A program made the translations under genes and the position numbers. This document shows, in pieces, positions 56,240 through 64,000 of a stretch of 64,000 bases of DNA. The DNA is from Nemertoderma westbladi. Taxonomy: Eukaryota > Animalia > Xenacoelomorpha. Within the stretch, counting starts at the first letter, position 1. Every line of letters begins with the position of its first letter. The DNA lies in NCBI GenBank assembly GCA_032718475.1, contig JAUCBJ010007457.1, positions 1 to 64,000 on the forward strand, given 5' to 3'. The notes beneath the pieces were generated by a model. It was given only the letters and a program-made list of their open reading frames with translations. It had not been told where the DNA came from and did not search any database.

Positions 56240-57781
56240 GTGAAACACTCACTTTTCCTACACCAACCCGTGGAACACTCAACCATTCCTACACCAACCT
56301 GTGAACACTCAACCATTCCTACACCAACCTATGAACACTCAGCCATTCCTACACCAACCTGTGAACACTCAACCATTCCTACACCAACCTGTGGAACACT
56401 CAACCAGTCCTACACCAACCTGTGAACACTCAACCATTCCTACACCAACCTGTGGAACACTCAGCCATTCCTACACCAACCTGTGGAACACTCAACCATT
56501 CCTACACCAACCTGTGGAAACTCAGCCATTCCTTCACCAACCTGTGAACACTCAACCATTCCTACACCAACCTGTGAACACTCAACCATTCCTACACCAA
56601 CCTGTGGAAACTCAGCCATTCCTTCACCAACCTGTGAACACTCAACAATTCCTACACCAACCTGTGAAAACTCAACCATTCCTACACCAACCTGTGGAAA
56701 CTCAGCCATTCCTTCACCAACCTGTGAACACTCAACCATTCCTACACCAACCTGTGAACACTCAACCATTCCTACACCAACCTGTGGAACACTCAACCAT
56801 TCCTACACCAACCTGTGGAAACTCAGCCATTCCTTCACCAACCTGTGAACACTCAACCATTCCTACACCAACCTGTGAACACTCAACCATTCCTACACCA
56901 ACCTGTGGAAACTCAGCCATTCCTTCACCAACCTGTGAACACTCAACCATTCCTACACCAACCTGTGAACACTCAACCATTCCTACACCAACCTGTGGAA
57001 ACTCAGCCATTCCTTCACCAACCTGTGAACACTCAACCATTCCTACACCAACCTGTGAACACTCAACCATTCCTACACCAACCTGTGGAACACTCAACCA
57101 TTCCTACACCAACCTGTGAAAACTCAACCATTCCTACACCAACCTGTGGAACACTCAGCCATTCCTACTCCAACCTGTGGAAACTCAGCCATTCCTACAC
57201 CAACCTGTGGAACACTCAACCATTCCTACACCAACCTGTGGAACACTCAACCATTCCTACACCAACCTGTGGAAACTCAGCCATTCCTTCACCAACCTGT
57301 GAACACTCAACCATTCCTACACCAACCTGTGAACACTCAACCATTCCTACACCAACCTGTGGAACACTCAACCATCCCTACACCAACCTGTGGAACACTC
57401 AACCATTCCTACACCAACCTGTGAAAACTCAACCATTCCTACACCAACCTGTGGAACACTCAACCATTCCTACACCAACCTGTGAACACTCAACCATTCC
57501 TACACCAAACTGTGGAACACTCAGCCATTCCTACACCAACATGTGGAACACTCAACCATTCCTACATCAACCTGTGGAACCTGTCAACCATTCCTACATC
57601 AACCTGTGGAACACTCAATCATTCCTACACCAAACTGTGGAACACTCAACCATTCCTACACCAACCTGTGGAACACTCAACCCTTCCTACACCAACCTGT
57701 GGAACACTCAACCATTCCTACACTAACCTGTTGAACACTCAACCATTCCTACACCAACCTGTGGAACACTCAGCCATTCCT
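56240..57781. repeat. 30-32-bp tandem array (~50 copies) that copies the CH2 exon/donor junction
   Basis: Minus-strand unit GGAATGG(C/T)TGAGTGTTCCACAG|GTTGGTGTA. The first 22 nt equal the exon end (encoding EWLSVPQ). Confidence 0.95.
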
Positions 57782-58123
57782 CGGCTAGTTGCATGGCTTC
57801 CTCGGCGTTCCGGAATGGTTCCTTGGGGTCCCATTTGTCCCAATCGGGACAGAGTCCCGGCGCCAACGCGTCGACAAGGGAACCGATTGTTTTACCGTCG
57901 TTCCAATCACTCGTAAAGTTACCGATCGCCCGGTCGGGTACTTTGCTTTGTACCCATGCCAACAGCCGTTGTTTGGGAGTCAGTGTAGACCCTTTATCCT
58001 TATTGGTACGTGTTACATCGTCATCTCCATCGTACATAGGCATTGAGATTGAGTAATGTAATATCAATGTCCAAATTAAACCAAGAATTAGTTTCACTTT
58101 GCCTTCAACAATATCTGTACTAT
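57759..58123 (-). CDS. FLN: Filamin exon: end of CH1 and most of CH2 of the actin-binding domain
   Basis: Translates (D)[28 protein letters not shown]...[15 protein letters not shown]...NFTSDWNDG...[13 protein letters not shown]...WLSVPQ, the characteristic filamin actin-binding domain. Acceptor gttacAG (phase 1), donor CAG|GTTGGT (phase 0). Confidence 0.95.
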
Positions 58124-59142
58124 CTGTAACGCAATACATAAAAATAAATTAGTTTTATTTTGTCTTTTCTCAGTTTTAGTTTGACCCCACCCGCGGTTGC
58201 ACCGTATGGGATTTGGAAATACACCATTTCCAAACCCCATTCTATATCAGCAAGCGAATTGACTGGAGTGCGTTGGGTATGTGAGTGGGCGTGAAGACAA
58301 AAAAGCGAATTGGAGTGCTGCAGATTAGCAGGAATAATACGTAATAATAATGACTTTTTTTTCCTAATTTATTATTTTTAATATTATTCTCAAATTTTTT
58401 ATTAATTACCTTGATAGAAACACGCCGGTACAATAATTATTCTGACTGAAATGTTGTGAAATCAAATGAAATCGGATAAATTTGTTTTGCTTTTAGGGTC
58501 ATTTTAGTTTCGTATGATAATAATTTGATATGATCAAAATCAGGAATTGAGCAGGAATAAATACACAATAATGCAACAATTAGCGCACCAGAGAGCAAAT
58601 GTAGAATATTATAAGAATTGAAAGCAATATATTTGAATTGGATTCAGCACATTCCCATATGGATAAATTTCACTACTCAAGGTTTACTAATTCATGGAAA
58701 ATGTCTGGCGAGTATTTCCTTTCACCGTCACTCTTCTTCGTTAAAAAATTACCCATTTCGATAAAAAAAAAACAATAATTAAGAACCACAGCACTTAAAA
58801 TGCAAGTAATGTCTCTCCACATAACATATGCCAATATCAATATGTATATATATTTTATTTTACCGGTTTGATTTTATACCGCAACTGACTTATATCGGTG
58901 CATTGGTGCCTTTACTGTTCTTACCGCCACGTTATCTATTTTCTATTCGTTCATTTGGTTCACAACTATCGCCTGACCAGTTATACCTTGCTGTTGCTAT
59001 GTATATTTTTATTATGGCCCTACCATTTTAATTATAGCCACCGGAGGCGCTAGTCCGGTAATGAAATGAAATGAAATGAAAATGCCATATACCGAGACCA
59101 TTCAGGCCAACCAACATTCCCACAATTTGAATTCACAGTTGA

Positions 59143-60353
59143 AACGTGCCGACATCGCAGGGGGTTTGTAAGTGGTGTATTCCCAAACCCCATACGGTCT
59201 CAGCTCTACAGTTCCTTAACGTGCCGACATCGCAGGGGGTTTGTAAGTGGTGTATTCCCAAACCCCATACGGTCTCAGCTCTACAGTTCCTTAACGTGCC
59301 GACATCGCAAGGGGTTTGTAAGTGGTGTATTCCCAAACCCCATACGGTCTCAGCTCTACAGTTCCTTAACGTGCCGACATCGCAGGGGGTTTGTAAGTGG
59401 TGTATTCCCAAACCCCATACGGTCTCAGCTCTACAGTTCCTTAACGTGCCGACATCGCAGGGGGTTTGTAAGTGGTGTATTCCCAAACCCCATACGGTCT
59501 CAGCTCTGAGTTCATTAACGTGCCGACATCGCAGGGGGTTTGGTTTGTAAGTGGTGTATTCCCAAACCCCATACGGTCTCAGCTCTACAGTTCCTTAACA
59601 TGCCGACATCGCAGGGGGTTTGTAAGTGGTGTATTCCCAAACCCCATACGGTCTCAGCTCTACAGTTCCTTAACGTGCCGACATCGCAGGGGGTTTGTAA
59701 GTAGTGTATTCCCAAACCCCATACGGTCTCAGCTCTACAGTTCCTTAACGTGCCGACATCGCAGGGGGTTTGTAAGTGGTGTATTCCCAAACCCCATACG
59801 GTCTCAGCTCTGAGTTCCTTAACGTGCCGACATCGCAGGGGGTTTGGTTTGTAAGTGGTGTATTCCCAAACCCCATACGGTCTCAGCTCTACAGTTCCTT
59901 AACGTGCCGACATCGCAGGGGGTTTGTAAGTGGTGTATTCCCAAACCCCATACGGTCTCAGCTCTACAGTTCCTTAACGTGCCGACATCGCAGGGGGTTT
60001 GTAAGTGGTGTATTCCCAAACCCCATACGGTCTCAGCTCTACAGTTCCTTAACGTGTCGACATCGCAGGGGGTTTGTAAGTGGTGTATTCCCAAACCCCA
60101 TACGGTCTCAGCTCTACAGTTCCTTAACGTGCCGACATCGCAGGGGGTTTGTAAGTGGTGTATTCCCAAACCCCATACGGTCTCAGCTCTACAGTTCCTT
60201 AACGTGTCGACATCGCAGGGGGTTGGGTTGTAAGTGGTGTATTCCCAAACCCCATACGGTCTCAGCTCTACAGTTCCTTAACGTGCCGACATCGCAGGGG
60301 GTTTGTAAATGGTGTATTCCCAAACCCCATACGGTCTCAGCTCTACAGTTCCT
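59143..60353. repeat. 75-bp tandem array (~16 copies) with an internal hairpin
   Basis: Unit aacgtgccgacatcgcagggggtttgtaagtggtgtattcccaaaccccatacggtctcagctctacagttcctt. Contains the inverted pair ggggtttg...caaacccc. Confidence 0.93.
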
Positions 60354-61039
60354 TATAAACTGCTAGTCTTTGATTGGTCCGCGATTCTGGTTGAATTACA
60401 TTGCCAGTGTAGAGACTGTATGGGGGTTGGCCCCCTTCCCTACCTATCGGTGTTTCATATATTATAAGTTGATTTGGCGATATGAGATTAAGACAAAGTG
60501 AACAAACAATAAATAATTTCAAGGAATCTGAGACAATGGGAATCCAGACCTTAATAGAATAATTCATTGTATTCGTTGCCAAGTTATTTCATTAGCGGAT
60601 GGGAGAACTGAATACAAGGGAATATTAGACTGGTAAGTGGGGGAGACAGTATTATCGACTGAAAGTAATATAGAATAGCTCCTCGTGCAAAATAAATTAG
60701 TTTAATCTGTGGCAATAAAACGGCTAATGAGAAGTAATCCTGACATGAGTGTCAGACTGTGTGTCAGAGACAGTGTGACCACGAATTCACACACATGCAT
60801 GGTTGGTCAGCTAATAATTCGAATGCTTTAATTCTAGGCCAAAGGTATTTAAGTTCTTCCAAATAAAACTTCACTGTAGATGAGATATTACCTAGCCAGG
60901 GCTGCAGGTCAGAAAGAACACAACCTTCCCTAAATGAGAAAGAACCCAGCATTCCATAGCTGATAAATAATACAAAATTAATGACCTTCTGAAAAAACAA
61001 CGCAACATTCGTTTCCTATCTAAGAAAGAACCCAACATT

Positions 61040-64000
61040 CACTAGCTGAAAAATAACGTAACTTTCACTAGCTGAGAAAGAACGTAACTTTCACTAGCTG
61101 AGAAAGAACGTAACTTTCACTAGCTGAGAAAGAACGTAACTTTCACTAGCTGAGAAAGAACGTAACTTTCACTAGCTGAGAAAGAACGTAACTTTCACTA
61201 GCTGAGAAAGAACGTAACTTTCACTAGCTGAGAAAGAACGTAACTTTCACTAGCTGAGAAAGAACGTAACTTTCACTAGCTGAGAAAGAACGTAACTTTC
61301 ACTAGCTGAGAAAGAACGTAACTTTCACTAGCTGAGAAAGAACGCATCTTTCACTAGCTGAGAAAGAACGTAACTTTCACTAGCTGAGAAAGAACGTAAC
61401 TTTCACTAGCTGAGAAAGAACGTAACTTTCACTAGCTGAGAAAGAACGTAACTTTCACTAGCTGAGAAAGAACGTAACTTTCACTAGCTGAGAAAGAACT
61501 AACTTTCTCTAGCTGAGAAAGAACGTAACTTTCTTTAGCTGAGAAAGAACGTAACTTTCACTAGCTGAGAAAGAACGTAACTTTCACTAGCTGAGAAAGA
61601 ACGTAACTTTCACTAGCTGAGAAAGAACGTAACTTTCTTTAGCTGAGAAAGAACGTAACTTTCACTAGCTGAGAAAGAACGTAACTTTCACTAGCTGAGA
61701 AAGAACGTAACTTTCACTAGCTGAGAAAGAACGTAACTTTCACTAGCTGAGAAAGAACGTAACTTTCACTAGCTGAGAAAGAACGTAACTTTCACTAGCT
61801 GAGAAAGAACGTAACTTTCATTAGCTGAGAAAGAAAGTAACTTTCACTAGCTGAGAAAGAACGTAACTTTCCCTAGCTGAGAAAGAAAGTAACTTTCACT
61901 AGCTGAGAAAGAACACAACATTCACTAGCTGAGAAAGAACGTAACTTTCACTAGCTGAGAAAGAACGTAACTTTCCCTAGGTGAGAAAGAACGTAACTTT
62001 CACTAGCTGAGAAAGAACGTAACTTTCTCTAGCTGAGAAAGAACGTAACTTTCACTAGCTGAGAAAGAACTAACTTTCTCTAGCTGAGAAAGAACGCAAC
62101 TTTCACTAGCTGAGAAAGAACTAACTTTCTCTAGCTGAGAAAGAACGCAACTTTCACTAGCTGAGAAAGAACGTAACTTTCCCTAGCTGAGAAAGAACGT
62201 AACTTTCACTAGCTGAGAAAGAACGTAACTTTCACTAGCTGAGAAAGAACGTAACTTTCTTTAGCTGAGAAAGAACGTAACTTTCACTAGCTGAGAAAGA
62301 ACGTAACTTTCACTAGCTGAGAAAGAACGTAACTTTCACTAGCTGAGAAAGAACGTAACTTTCTTTAGCTGAGAAAGAACGTAACTTTCACTAGCTGAGA
62401 AAGAACGTAACTTTCACTTGCTGAGAAAGAACGTAACTTTCACTAGCTGAGAAAGAACTAACTTTCTCTAGTTGAGAAAGAACGCAACTTTCACTAGCTG
62501 AGAAAGAACTAACTTTCTCTAGCTGAGAAAGAACGCAACTTTCACTAGCTGAGAAAGAACGTAACTTTCCCTAGCTGAGAAAGAACGTAACTTTCACTAG
62601 CTGAGAAAGAACGTAACTTTCACTAGCTGAGAAAGAACGTAACTTTCTTTAGCTGAGAAAGAACGTAACTTTCACTAGCTGAGAAAGAACGTAACTTTCT
62701 CTAGCTGAGAAAGAACGTAACTTTCACTAGCTGAGAAAGAACGTAACTTTCACTAGCTGAGAAAGAACGTAACTTTCTTTAGCTGAGAAAGAACGTAACT
62801 TTCACTAGCTGAGAAAGAACGTAACTTTCTCTAGCTGAGAAAGAACGTAACTTTCATTAGCTGAGAAAGAACGTAACTTTCACTAGCTGAGAAAGAACGT
62901 AACTTTCACTAGCTGAGAAATAACGTAACTTTCTCTAGCTGAGAAAGAACGTAACTTTCATTAGCTGAGAAAGAACGTAACTTTCACTAGCTGAGAAAGA
63001 ACGTAACTTTCATTAGCTGAGAAAGAACGTAACTTTCACTAGCTGAGAAAGAACGTAACTTTCTTTAGCTGAGAAAGAACGTAACTTTCACTAGCTGAGA
63101 AAGAACGTAACTTTCTCTAGCTGAGAAAGAACGTAACTTTCATTAGCTGAGAAAGAACGTAACTTTCACTAGCTGAGAAAGAACGTAACTTTCACTAGCT
63201 GAGAAAGAACGTAACTTTCTTTAGCTGAGAAAGAACGTAACTTTCACTAGCTGAGAAAGAACGTAACTTTCTCTAGCTGAGAAAGAACGTAACTTTCACT
63301 AGCTGAGAAAGAACGTAACTTTCACTAGCTGAGAAAGAACGTAACTTTCTTTAGCTGAGAAAGAACGTAACTTTCACTAGCTGAGAAAGAACGTAACTTT
63401 CCCTAGCTGAGAAAGAACGTAACTTTCACTAGCTGAGAAAGAACGTAACTTTCACTAGCTGAGAAAGAACGTAACTTTCCCTAGCTGAGAAAGAACGTAA
63501 CTTTCACTAGCTGAGAAAGAACGTAACTTTCACTAGCTGAGAAAGAACGTAACTTTCTTTAGCTGAGAAAGAACGTAACTTTCACTAGCTGAGAAAGAAC
63601 GTAACTTTCTCTAGCTGAGAAAGAACGTAACTTTCATTAGCTGAGAAAGAACGTAACTTTCACTAGCTGAGAAAGAACGTAACTTTCACTAGCTGAGAAA
63701 GAACGTAACTTTCACTAGCTGAGAAAGAACGTAACTTTCACTAGCTGAGAAAGAACGTAACTTTCACTAGCTGAGAAAGAACGTAACTTTCCCTAGCTGA
63801 GAAAGAACGTAACTTTCCCTAGCTGAGAAAGAACGTAACTTTCACTAGCTGAGAAAGAACGTAACTTTCACTAGCTGAGAAAGAACGTAACTTTCTTTAG
63901 CTGAGAAAGAACGTAACTTTCACTAGCTGAGAAAGAACGTAACTTTCACTAGCTGAGAAAGAACGTAACTTTCCCTAGCTGAGAAAGAACGTAACTTTCA
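61040..64000. repeat. 26-bp satellite (>110 copies), running off the window end
   Basis: Unit actagctgagaaagaacgtaactttc. Degenerate precursor copies start near 60900. Confidence 0.96.

Noticed and set aside
56240-60366. ORFs over the 31-bp and 75-bp arrays
   Set aside because: Repeat-derived, frameshifting and intronic.
58124-64000. Search for the filamin first exon(s) (CH1, QQNTFTRW-type motif) and promoter
   Set aside because: I found no such coding sequence by eye. It probably lies beyond the window end.

Overview
This is eukaryotic (animal-type) genomic DNA, and almost the whole window is the interior of one filamin gene on the minus strand. I reconstructed nine ordinary GT-AG exons by hand. 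They join in frame and encode the end of CH1, all of CH2 and filamin Ig repeats 1 to mid-5. The start and end of the gene lie outside the window. Two things stand out. (1) A 15,312-nt open, symmetric phase-1/phase-1 giant exon (19097-34408, about 5,100 aa of 'GPDGKP' beta-turn-like repeats) sits exactly between Ig2 and Ig3, where it could be skipped or included without shifting frame. (2) At least four introns begin with a tandem array anchored on the 5' splice site. In three of them the repeat unit is a copy of the exon's 3' end plus the donor, so tens of donor copies are lined up in the intron. The introns also hold other satellites (24-bp ~18.7 kb with higher-order structure, 26-bp, 75-bp, 27-bp, 7-bp), two LINE reverse-transcriptase fragments and a small MITE-like inverted-repeat element. 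The long ORFs over the satellites are artefacts of the repeats.
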